IMG/VR virus record: IMGVR_UViG_3300025849_000132
Span: 1-32,171 of that record
Direction: 5' to 3' (one strand)
Length of the DNA stretch: 32,171 bases
From: a virus
Taxonomy: Duplodnaviria; Caudoviricetes
Shown here: positions 18,771 to 27,580 of the stretch, one piece after another
Numbering within the stretch: the first letter of the stretch is position 1
Layout: each line of letters begins with the position of its first letter
Made by a program: the position numbers and the translations under genes
The notes under the pieces: model-generated
What the model saw: only the letters and a program-made list of their open reading frames with translations
Databases searched by the model: none
What the model was told of the DNA's origin: nothing

Positions 18771-21700
18771 ATGGCTAAGATACTATCAAATGCAGGCATA
18801 GTTACAGGGTTACCAGTAGAGGCGGAACACGTATCTCAATCGGTTAATGCCTTAACTGGTGCTGAGGCTTACGACATAAACATATCAGGATCATTAACAG
18901 TAAATACCTTAAGGTATCCTATAGTTGATGGAACAGCTGGTCAGGCTTTAATCACTGATGGAGCTGGAAATCTTACACTTCAACACGTTACAACTGTTGG
19001 TACTGCTTCATACGTAAGTTCATCTAACGTATATGGCCCATTTGGGGCTGATTCAATCCAAACAGCATCATACGCTCCATCATCATCAGTTGCGGATTTT
19101 TCTAAGATAGCAGAAACATCTTTATTTACTTTAGATTCACAAAATGCTCAAACAGCAACCTCTGCATCATATGCTCTTACAGCATCATATTTAATAGGTG
19201 AACGTAGTGCATCATATGTGTCATCTTCTATTAGTGAAAATACTATAACATTTACTAAAAGTGATGGTTCACAAATAACAAATGAAATTACATCAGCATC
19301 GTATGCATTAACTGCATCATATGCTATATCAGCATCCCATAATATTACACAAAGAGTAACTTCATCATATGCTGAAACTTCATCATACACTTTAACAGCA
19401 TCACATGCTTTAAATGTTGACGATAATGCTTATATATCATCAAGCGCTATTGGTGGTGTTATGGTATTTAATAAGATTAATGGTGGGGTAGATATTACTC
19501 CAGTTATATCATCATCGTATGCTGTATCATCATCCCACTCATCATACGCTGTATCAGCATCCTATATTAAAGGACCTATAGCATCATCCTCATATGCTGA
19601 AAGAGCTGAGTTAACTAGACAAATATCATATATTGCAAGCAATGATGATAACGTAACTATAACAGCAGGTACTCCACTACATGTTGTTGAAGTTACACCT
19701 CATAATGTATATAAAGTTAGAAGAGCAGACGCTAGTAATCCAAATAGAATGCCAGCAGTGGGTGTTGCTGCTACGACAGTTGCACCAGGTGAATCAACAC
19801 AACTTATAGTATTAGGTGAAGTTAAAAACCTTGATACTTTTGGAACCCATGTTGGTAAAAACATTTATGTACAAACTGGAAGTGGTTTTACAGAAACACC
19901 ACCTGAGTTTCCTGCGATCATACAACCTATAGGGATTGTAAGTTCAGAAGATTTTAGTAATGGTAAAATATTGATAAATGGTCCTATGGCTGAAGTGCCA
20001 TTTGCCCTCAACTCAACATCAGCATCATACGCTTTAACAGCATCATACGCCCTTAATGGGGGTGGAGGTGGAGGTGGAACATACACTTCAACATATGTAA
20101 CTTCAGATACAACAGCTGAAAAAGATAGAATATATGTTTTTGAAGAATCCACTCCATATACCCTTACTTTACCATTAACTCCATCAAATGGAGACTCAAT
20201 CTTAATATCTAATAGATCAGGTATAACAACCAATTTAATAGGTAGAAATGGTGAATTAATAATGGGGATAGCAGAGGATATGGAATTAAACGTTCCTCCA
20301 GCTTCATTTATGTTTACATATGCTTCTGGTACTCAAGGATGGGTAATAACAGGAGCTGGTAGTGGTGGAGGAGGAGCTATCACAGGAAGTGGTGCTATCA
20401 ATACAGGATCATTCGCTGTAACCTCTTCAAATCAATTTAAAGATGATCAATTCTTCACTGGTTCCCTTATCCCAGAAGCCGTAGGGGGTAATGGGTTATA
20501 CGATGTAGGATCACAAACTCACCCATGGAGAGATTTATATGTATCAACTTCATCATTAAAATTTGTTAGAGATGCTGTCATTATAGCTGACTTAAATGGA
20601 GAAGATGGTGGTGTTCGTATTGGTAATATTTTTATAGGTACTGGATCTATATCAGTAGTAAGTGGTAGTGGAGACGATATGACAATTATTGGTGATGTCG
20701 TAAATACAGAAATATCAGGGGGTATTATAACACCTATAGCAGGTGATACAATTTTACCAACAGGTAGTATTTCATCTTCAGCTCAAATATCAGCTCTAGG
20801 ATTTATTACTTCATCCCAAACAATAGATACAGGATCATTTATTACAACATCTTCATTAGATGAATACCTTCCAACTGGGAGTATTTCATCTTCAGCTCAA
20901 ATTGAAGGATTAGGATTCGTTACATCATCCTCTTTAGATGAATACCTACCTACAGGTAGTATTTCATCATCAGCACAATTAACTGATTTAGGATTTATTA
21001 CAACATCCTCTTTATCAGAATACTTACCAACAGGTAGTATTTCATCTTCAGCACAGATTGAAGAATTAGGATTCGTTACATCATCCTCTTTAGCAGAATA
21101 TCTACCAACAGGTAGTATTTCATCCTCAGCTCAATTAGATTTAAAATGGGTATTAGGAGCAAATGGTATCAATGATTACACATTTAATGGGCCAGGATTA
21201 TCAGGTTCAGTTAATGATCCTTTAATTTACTTAACAAGAGGAGAAACTTATAGATTTGAAAATAATATGGGTGCTCACCCATTTAGAATTCAATCCACTC
21301 CTAATGGGTCCACTGGTACTCCATATAACGATGGTATTACAAATAATGATGTTATTAATGGAACTTTAATTTGGGAAGTACAATTTGATTCACCAGATAA
21401 ACTTTATTACCAATGTACCGCTCATCCTGATATGGGAGGAGAAATTATTATTAGTTCTACATCAACTATATTACCAGATGGAGTAATTAGTAGTTCTCAA
21501 CAATTAACTTCTTTAGGATTCGTTTCAGCATCAGCTAGCGGGTCTACAGAATTTTCAGGTTCAACTTCATTTGTAGGAGATACTGCATTTAGTGGATCTA
21601 CAGAATTTTCAGGTTCAGTTATTGCGTTAAAAGGTATAAGAGCAGAAGGAAATAGTGTAATGACGGGTAGTGTTATTATAGATGGAGAATTTACTCTTGA

Positions 21701-23633
21701 AAGTAATTCCACAGCTACGTTTAATACAGACCTTGAGATATCAGGTAGTTCAACTCAAGAAGGAAACTCTATAATCACAGGTAGTTTAACTACTACAGGA
21801 GGAATTACAGGATCACTACAAGGTACATCTTCTGTATCATTAGATACTTTGTTATTTGGTGGTAAAGATTCAGCTACATTTGCAACCACAGGTTCAAACA
21901 CTTTCAAATCAAGCCAATATATAACTGGTTCAGTAGTAATAGCACCCTCTTCAGACCCAGGAATTAGCAATTTAAACGCCACTTATTTATTTACCTCTGC
22001 TTCTAACTTTGGAGAAGATGAATGCGATTTCTATTATAGAAATAAAGGAGTACTATGGGATCAAGAATGGTTAGAATATGGAGTAGGATCAGGTCTTATT
22101 TTTGGTGGGATAGTAACCTTCTCAGGTACTGACCTCTATGTTTCACCTGGAGGTGGTTTAGTAGTAAACTATAATGCAGAAACAGGTTCAGCTAATGCAG
22201 TATCACCTACACAGGTTAAATGGGGTCCAATTACTTCTAGTGCTACTTTCTTAACTTCATCTCAATATTCACATATTTTTATAGATGAAAATGGAGATCT
22301 ACAACAACAAGTGGAAGATTTTACTACTCAACAATATTTAGAAAAAATTCCATTAGGTACTTTAGGTCATTTAACTAATGCCTATATTGATGCCTTTGGT
22401 GAAGAAAAACAAACAACATATGCAGGCCCAGCTCAAGCAAACCAGTTTATTAGAGCATTTGGTCCTCTAAAACAACAAGGATACGATTTATCAGCAACTA
22501 CCTCAACATTAGAATTCAATGCTTCTTCAGGTATTACATATAAGTTAGGAGGATTTTATTCAAAAGACCCTAATAACCCAAGTGTATATGATACCCCAGC
22601 TCTAAACTCAACTGGTAAAGTAGTAAGAGTGTATCAATCAGGTAGTGAGTTCATTGGTGATATTAATGCAGGTAATTTTTATGATACAATTGATCCAACC
22701 AAATATGATGATGGATCAGGTACATTAGTTAATATTAGTGGATCAACAACTACAATACAAAGAGTATTTATAGGCCCCACTAGTGAAAGATTCTATGTGT
22801 ATTATGGTCAGGATACTTACGATAGTGTAGCAACTGCTCTACAAAATCTAACTACAGAAGCGTTTACTGAATCACTTACTACTTCTAAATCTCTAACATT
22901 TATAGGTTACTTAGTAGTTAAAGCAGACACAACAGATTTATCAGACGAATCCAGTGCCAACATTATTAACGCTGGTTTATTTAGAAATACAGCTGGCTCA
23001 TCTGGTGGTGGAACTTCTACTATTAGTAACTTAGGTGATATAACTGATGTTGATATTACAGGACCAGTAACTGGAGAATATTTAAAATACAATGCTGGTG
23101 TTTGGGAAAATTCCCATATCCAGTATAGTGAAGTAAATAATACACCTTCGGGTATTATATCTTCTTCTATTCAGTTAGAGAGCTTAGGAGTATCAGTATC
23201 AAGCGGTAGTAATACAACATTTGGTAATAATGTAGTAATTAGTGGTAGTAACTCTACCTTAGAAGTACAAGGAGATTTACATGTAACTGGTAGTTTATCC
23301 ACTAAAACACAAGTAGCTAACCCTTCATTTACACCATTAGGATGGGCTCTTACAATACCCGTTTCAACAGGTAACTTCTTTGAAACTACTTTAGCACCCA
23401 CTGTTAATACTATTGGGTTTGGTCTGACTGGAGGATATACAGGACAAACAATTAATTTAAAAGTAATCCAACCTTCCCTAAATCCAGGTACTATTACCTG
23501 GGGAAGTAATGTTGAGTTCCCTGATGGTTTTGATTCTGCTGCTTCTACAGGGGTAGGAGATATAGATATTTGGTCTTTCGTTACTTTTGATGGTAATACT
23601 TGGTATGGAACTGGATTAAAAAACTTCTCTTAA
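18771..23633 (+). CDS. Large mosaic tail fibre / fibre hub protein
   Basis: YP..DGTAGQAL.TDGAGNL fibre motif, ASYALTAS repeats, polyGly hinges, TLP..P..GD...RNG...GW domain, 26-aa repeats, cupredoxin-like domain, LGDITDVDIT motif, C-terminal FDG.TWYG domain. Confidence 0.8.
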   Translation: MAKILSNAGIVTGLPVEAEHVSQSVNALTGAEAYDINISGSLTVNTLRYPIVDGTAGQALITDGAGNLTLQHVTTVGTASYVSSSNVYGPFGADSIQTASYAPSSSVADFSKIAETSLFTLDSQNAQTATSASYALTASYLIGERSASYVSSSISENTITFTKSDGSQITNEITSASYALTASYAISASHNITQRVTSSYAETSSYTLTASHALNVDDNAYISSSAIGGVMVFNKINGGVDITPVISSSYAVSSSHSSYAVSASYIKGPIASSSYAERAELTRQISYIASNDDNVTITAGTPLHVVEVTPHNVYKVRRADASNPNRMPAVGVAATTVAPGESTQLIVLGEVKNLDTFGTHVGKNIYVQTGSGFTETPPEFPAIIQPIGIVSSEDFSNGKILINGPMAEVPFALNSTSASYALTASYALNGGGGGGGTYTSTYVTSDTTAEKDRIYVFEESTPYTLTLPLTPSNGDSILISNRSGITTNLIGRNGELIMGIAEDMELNVPPASFMFTYASGTQGWVITGAGSGGGGAITGSGAINTGSFAVTSSNQFKDDQFFTGSLIPEAVGGNGLYDVGSQTHPWRDLYVSTSSLKFVRDAVIIADLNGEDGGVRIGNIFIGTGSISVVSGSGDDMTIIGDVVNTEISGGIITPIAGDTILPTGSISSSAQISALGFITSSQTIDTGSFITTSSLDEYLPTGSISSSAQIEGLGFVTSSSLDEYLPTGSISSSAQLTDLGFITTSSLSEYLPTGSISSSAQIEELGFVTSSSLAEYLPTGSISSSAQLDLKWVLGANGINDYTFNGPGLSGSVNDPLIYLTRGETYRFENNMGAHPFRIQSTPNGSTGTPYNDGITNNDVINGTLIWEVQFDSPDKLYYQCTAHPDMGGEIIISSTSTILPDGVISSSQQLTSLGFVSASASGSTEFSGSTSFVGDTAFSGSTEFSGSVIALKGIRAEGNSVMTGSVIIDGEFTLESNSTATFNTDLEISGSSTQEGNSIITGSLTTTGGITGSLQGTSSVSLDTLLFGGKDSATFATTGSNTFKSSQYITGSVVIAPSSDPGISNLNATYLFTSASNFGEDECDFYYRNKGVLWDQEWLEYGVGSGLIFGGIVTFSGTDLYVSPGGGLVVNYNAETGSANAVSPTQVKWGPITSSATFLTSSQYSHIFIDENGDLQQQVEDFTTQQYLEKIPLGTLGHLTNAYIDAFGEEKQTTYAGPAQANQFIRAFGPLKQQGYDLSATTSTLEFNASSGITYKLGGFYSKDPNNPSVYDTPALNSTGKVVRVYQSGSEFIGDINAGNFYDTIDPTKYDDGSGTLVNISGSTTTIQRVFIGPTSERFYVYYGQDTYDSVATALQNLTTEAFTESLTTSKSLTFIGYLVVKADTTDLSDESSANIINAGLFRNTAGSSGGGTSTISNLGDITDVDITGPVTGEYLKYNAGVWENSHIQYSEVNNTPSGIISSSIQLESLGVSVSSGSNTTFGNNVVISGSNSTLEVQGDLHVTGSLSTKTQVANPSFTPLGWALTIPVSTGNFFETTLAPTVNTIGFGLTGGYTGQTINLKVIQPSLNPGTITWGSNVEFPDGFDSAASTGVGDIDIWSFVTFDGNTWYGTGLKNFS
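20754..21137 (+). repeat. 78-bp coding tandem repeat (LPTGSISSSAQIEGLGFVTSSSLDEY-like), about 5 copies
   Basis: LPTGSISSSAQ starts near 20754, 20868, 20946, 21024 and 21102. Confidence 0.9.
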
Positions 23634-23634
23634 T

Positions 23635-24495
23635 ATGGCTTTATTTACACCAACCGCATATTGGGGGAGCGCAACAACAGGCCCACCTCCACCCTTTAAC
23701 CCCTCATTTTTAGGAGCTTCATTAGGTTCTAGATTAAGTACAAATGCTGGTTCAATTGGCTCTAGCACTAATATTACTAGTGTAACAGATTTAGGTTATA
23801 GTAGTGGTTTTAGCTGGAATGTAGGTGGAGGAACTAGTACCTCATATGCTACAAGAACAGGAAACTATAGTGGACTATCTTATAATGGTAGTAACTCTAC
23901 TATAGCTACCTTTGATGGAGGATCTGATTATTGGAGAACAAATAGTTCAGTAGCTACGCATGACTCCTCAGGGAATTCTTATGTTGTTCAACTTTCATAT
24001 GTTTATAATTCAAGCCAAAAAAATGATTCCATTTACTCAATATCAGGTCAAAGTGATTTTCAAGTATCATCTAATTCTGCTGGAACCACTTTAAATCAAA
24101 TTGATATGGATGGTCTATCTTCCACTACTCAATTAGGTTGGTACTCAGATAATGGAACTACTAGAAACTATACTTTCCAATGGAATATATGGGCTTTTGT
24201 ATTTAATAAAACTGGAAATCAAATTTTTGGTAGAATAAATGGATACCCTCTTTGTAATACTGTAACATACTCTATCTCTTTAACTAGCGGGTTTGTTAGG
24301 TTAGCAACTAACAGATTAGCTAATCGAAGAATACAAATGCTCTTAGCAGAAAATTTAATAATAAAAGATAGACCAGGTACTGGTTCTAACACCTCTATAG
24401 ACACTTTAGAGAAAGTAGAAGGATGGTTGGCATGGACTTATGGGTTGCAAGGACGGTTAAACCCTTCTCACCCTTATAAAAATGCTGCTCCTTAA
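23635..24495 (+). CDS. Putative lectin-fold (LamG/concanavalin-like) receptor-binding protein
   Basis: TFDGGSDY strand, WNIWAFVFN, C-terminal EKVEGWLAWTYGL..L..SHPYK motif; Pro-rich linker after a short N-terminal peptide. Confidence 0.55.
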   Translation: MALFTPTAYWGSATTGPPPPFNPSFLGASLGSRLSTNAGSIGSSTNITSVTDLGYSSGFSWNVGGGTSTSYATRTGNYSGLSYNGSNSTIATFDGGSDYWRTNSSVATHDSSGNSYVVQLSYVYNSSQKNDSIYSISGQSDFQVSSNSAGTTLNQIDMDGLSSTTQLGWYSDNGTTRNYTFQWNIWAFVFNKTGNQIFGRINGYPLCNTVTYSISLTSGFVRLATNRLANRRIQMLLAENLIIKDRPGTGSNTSIDTLEKVEGWLAWTYGLQGRLNPSHPYKNAAP

Positions 24496-24508
24496 TTTAT
24501 AAAATAAT

Positions 24509-24538
24509 TTTGATTCTATAAATAGAATTCTTATATTG
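24509..24538 (+). promoter_or_regulatory. Putative host-type promoter TTTG-N19-TATATTG with a palindromic spacer
   Basis: Spacer contains ATTCTAT-AA-ATAGAAT (24513-24528). Confidence 0.4.
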
Positions 24539-24601
24539 TTATGTTGTAATAGAACTAATAAAATAAAATAAAAATATTTCAACCATAGGATGGGGAGGTA
24601 A

Positions 24602-24611
24602 TATTTATAAT
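24602..24611 (+). promoter_or_regulatory. Putative late promoter TATTTATAAT
   Basis: Intergenic, upstream of ATG 24634. Confidence 0.75.
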
Positions 24612-24633
24612 AAAATAAAATAATACAAATAAT

Positions 24634-27570
24634 ATGAGTACATTTGATCAGTTTTTCCCTTCATCAGGGCCTTCTGGAAATAGTGGATCATTTAGTGGTT
24701 CATTTCAAGGAGATGGTAGTGGGTTAACCAATATAGATACTTCATCATTTGCACTTACAGCATCATATTTAGAAGGTTTTATTGAATCATCATCATATGC
24801 CTTAACAGCATCATATGCTTTAAACGCAGGTAGTGGTGGTTTAACTTCTGGATCAGTAGTTACAGGTTCAACTATTATAGAATCTACTATCACGAGTTCA
24901 ACAGTTGTAGATACTATTATTACAAGTTCAACTGTATTAGACACTACTATATCAAGTTCAACTGTATTAGACACTACAATCACAGGTTCAACCATAGTAG
25001 ACACTACTATATCAAGTTCAACCATAGTAGATACTATTATTTCAAGTTCAACTTTAGTTGAAGTAGTAGGAAGTGGATCATTTAGTGGTTCATTTGTAGG
25101 AGATGGTAGTCAACTAACTAATATAAGTACATCATCTTTTGCTCTTACAGCATCTTATGCTATTTCATCTTCACATGAAATCATTCATGAAGTAAGTTCA
25201 TCATATGCTGAAACTTCTTCATATTCATTAACAGCATCATACGCCTTAAAGGGTGGGGGTGGTGGAGCAACCATCAACCCAACAAATAATGTTGTACCAC
25301 TTAGAAGTGATTCTACCACATTTGTAGATTCTATTATACAACAACCAACTACAATAGGTAATACAGCATTTTCATCATTACCCGTTTCTCCTTTCGTTCC
25401 AACTACTGAAGCTGGAACTGTAGCATCTCCTGGAGTATTAGTTGATTCAACTTTATCATCTTATATCCAAAATGGAGATGTATTACTTATTACAACTCAA
25501 GGGGTACCTACAGCACCTAATTTAGCTTTACCTGGAGGAGGTTTTATCGAACCAGGACAATCAGCAACATTAAGGTTAGTAAATGCAGCAGGAACTATCC
25601 CAGCTGGAGATTATGAAGGTAGATATTTTGACTATACTAGAATTGATTTTAACTCAGCAACCCCTTCAAATGGTACCATGTCATGGTTACCAGAAAATCA
25701 AAGTTTAGATTGGGCAGGTGGGATTGATAATAGTGTAACACTTGCTTTCTTTGCAGGTGGTGGGTTAGGTAATACTATACGAGTAACTGGAAGTTTAGAT
25801 GTAACCTCAAATATAACAGCGTCTTCAATAGAAGCAGCTTCTGGATTTACTGGGAGTTTATTAGGTACATCATCATATGCTATCACAGCATCATACGCTT
25901 TAAATGGTAGTAGTACTTCAATCACATCTTCATATGCATTAACAGCATCATATTTAGAAGGATTCGTTGAATCAGCATCATATGCTACAACAGCTTCACA
26001 TGCTTTAAATATTAGCAATGGGGGAATAATTGAGTCAGGATCAACTATTATAGAATCTACTATTACAGGTTCAACTATTGTGGATTCTGTAATATCAAGT
26101 TCAACTTTAGTTGAAGTAGTAGGAAGTGGATCATTTAGTGGTTCATTTGTAGGAGATGGTAGTCAACTAACTAATATTACAGCATCAACAGCTGAAACCG
26201 CTTCATATATTACATCTTCAAATGTAGATGGACCTCATGGGTTTGATAGTATATTATCATCATCATATGCTTTAACAGCATCATATTTAGAAGGTTTTAT
26301 TGAATCATCATCATACGCCTTAACAGCATCATATGCTTTAAATGGAAGTGGTAATTCATTAACCTCATCATATGCTTTAACAGCATCATATTTAGAAGGA
26401 TTCGTTGAATCAGCATCATACGCTACAACAGCTTCACATGCATTGACAGCATCCTATTTAGATGGTTTCATTGAATCTGCATCATACGCTGAATACGCAG
26501 CAACATCCTCAATAAAATATGACTCAGGTTCAGGTGTAATAACAGGTTTAGATTCAATAAAAATTAATGATTTTGATGATAATGTAGGTGTTACATTTCA
26601 AGATTCTAAATTAACATTAACATTTGGTACTCCAGCATTACCTTCTATTTCCAACTTCTTTAATAGTGGATTCCTTACAGATAGATTTAATCAAGTATCA
26701 GATTCTTATAATACTATAGGTAATTGGGATAATGGTGGGTATACATTTGTAGAAGCTTCTATATTACAAGGAAGTACAGTTTTAGATACTACAACAGCAG
26801 CTGGTAGTATTAATTTAACTCTCCCTCAAACAACAGCTGGTTCCCAATCATATACTTTAATCTATACTGGTTCTAGTCCATTAGATGGTTCAGAATATAA
26901 ACTATCACGAAACCTAACTAGTAATTTAAGTAAAAGTAATCCTGGCTTACCATCTATATCAGATACAGTAACAATCCAATTAGGAGATGCTAGTAACCAA
27001 TTTGAACAAGGAGCTGTAGGTAGTATAGATTTCTCTACTAACTATGGAGCTTCAAATGGGTGGGATCAAGTATCAATAACAAACACACCATCTAGTAGTC
27101 CAATATCGGTTTCTGGAGGAGGTTCAACTAGTATATCTATCCAATCAGTAACAGCATATCAATCACCAACAGGTGAGAATAGCCCTCAATTATCAACTAG
27201 TAGAACTGCCACTAGAACATTTAGTAGAATACGTAGTGTAAGATATGGAGCATCTACTGCTGCATCATTTACACAAACAGATATTGAAGATTTAGCAGCA
27301 TGGGATACAGGGTTAGGAGGAACTATAGGAACAATTGATAAAGGAAATACAAACCCTTCAGGAGATACAATAACTATAACTTGGAGTGGAGATAAATATC
27401 AATACATTATTTATGATGGCAATAGAAGTGATTTAACTGGTATTTCAACGAGTGGATTTGGGGTAATAGGTCAGTTTACAAAATCAACAGTAGGAGATTA
27501 TACAGTGTATAGAACAAATGTATTACAAGCTGGTGGTAGTGGTGCTAGTATAACCTATAACTTAACATAA
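24634..27570 (+). CDS. Tail fibre protein with S/T-rich repeat cassettes
   Basis: SGSFSGSF.GDGS.LTNI x3, many ASYALTASY cassettes, decapeptide repeats, beta-rich C-terminal third. Confidence 0.75.
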   Translation: MSTFDQFFPSSGPSGNSGSFSGSFQGDGSGLTNIDTSSFALTASYLEGFIESSSYALTASYALNAGSGGLTSGSVVTGSTIIESTITSSTVVDTIITSSTVLDTTISSSTVLDTTITGSTIVDTTISSSTIVDTIISSSTLVEVVGSGSFSGSFVGDGSQLTNISTSSFALTASYAISSSHEIIHEVSSSYAETSSYSLTASYALKGGGGGATINPTNNVVPLRSDSTTFVDSIIQQPTTIGNTAFSSLPVSPFVPTTEAGTVASPGVLVDSTLSSYIQNGDVLLITTQGVPTAPNLALPGGGFIEPGQSATLRLVNAAGTIPAGDYEGRYFDYTRIDFNSATPSNGTMSWLPENQSLDWAGGIDNSVTLAFFAGGGLGNTIRVTGSLDVTSNITASSIEAASGFTGSLLGTSSYAITASYALNGSSTSITSSYALTASYLEGFVESASYATTASHALNISNGGIIESGSTIIESTITGSTIVDSVISSSTLVEVVGSGSFSGSFVGDGSQLTNITASTAETASYITSSNVDGPHGFDSILSSSYALTASYLEGFIESSSYALTASYALNGSGNSLTSSYALTASYLEGFVESASYATTASHALTASYLDGFIESASYAEYAATSSIKYDSGSGVITGLDSIKINDFDDNVGVTFQDSKLTLTFGTPALPSISNFFNSGFLTDRFNQVSDSYNTIGNWDNGGYTFVEASILQGSTVLDTTTAAGSINLTLPQTTAGSQSYTLIYTGSSPLDGSEYKLSRNLTSNLSKSNPGLPSISDTVTIQLGDASNQFEQGAVGSIDFSTNYGASNGWDQVSITNTPSSSPISVSGGGSTSISIQSVTAYQSPTGENSPQLSTSRTATRTFSRIRSVRYGASTAASFTQTDIEDLAAWDTGLGGTIGTIDKGNTNPSGDTITITWSGDKYQYIIYDGNRSDLTGISTSGFGVIGQFTKSTVGDYTVYRTNVLQAGGSGASITYNLT
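24862..25070 (+). repeat. 30-bp coding tandem repeat (TSSTVLDTTI-like), about 7 copies
   Basis: Period-30 pattern ..agttcaac.gtattagacactactat..; a shorter array recurs near 26035-26120. Confidence 0.9.
25042..26177 (+). repeat. Identical 83-bp direct repeat pair (25042-25124 and 26095-26177)
   Basis: tcaagttcaactttagttgaagtagtaggaagtggatcatttagtggttcatttgtaggagatggtagtcaactaactaatat occurs twice. Confidence 0.9.
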
Positions 27571-27580
27571 AATATAGCAG

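Noticed and set aside
24862-25070. Possible CRISPR array
   Set aside because: Contiguous degenerate in-frame 30-bp units without unique spacers; a coding repeat
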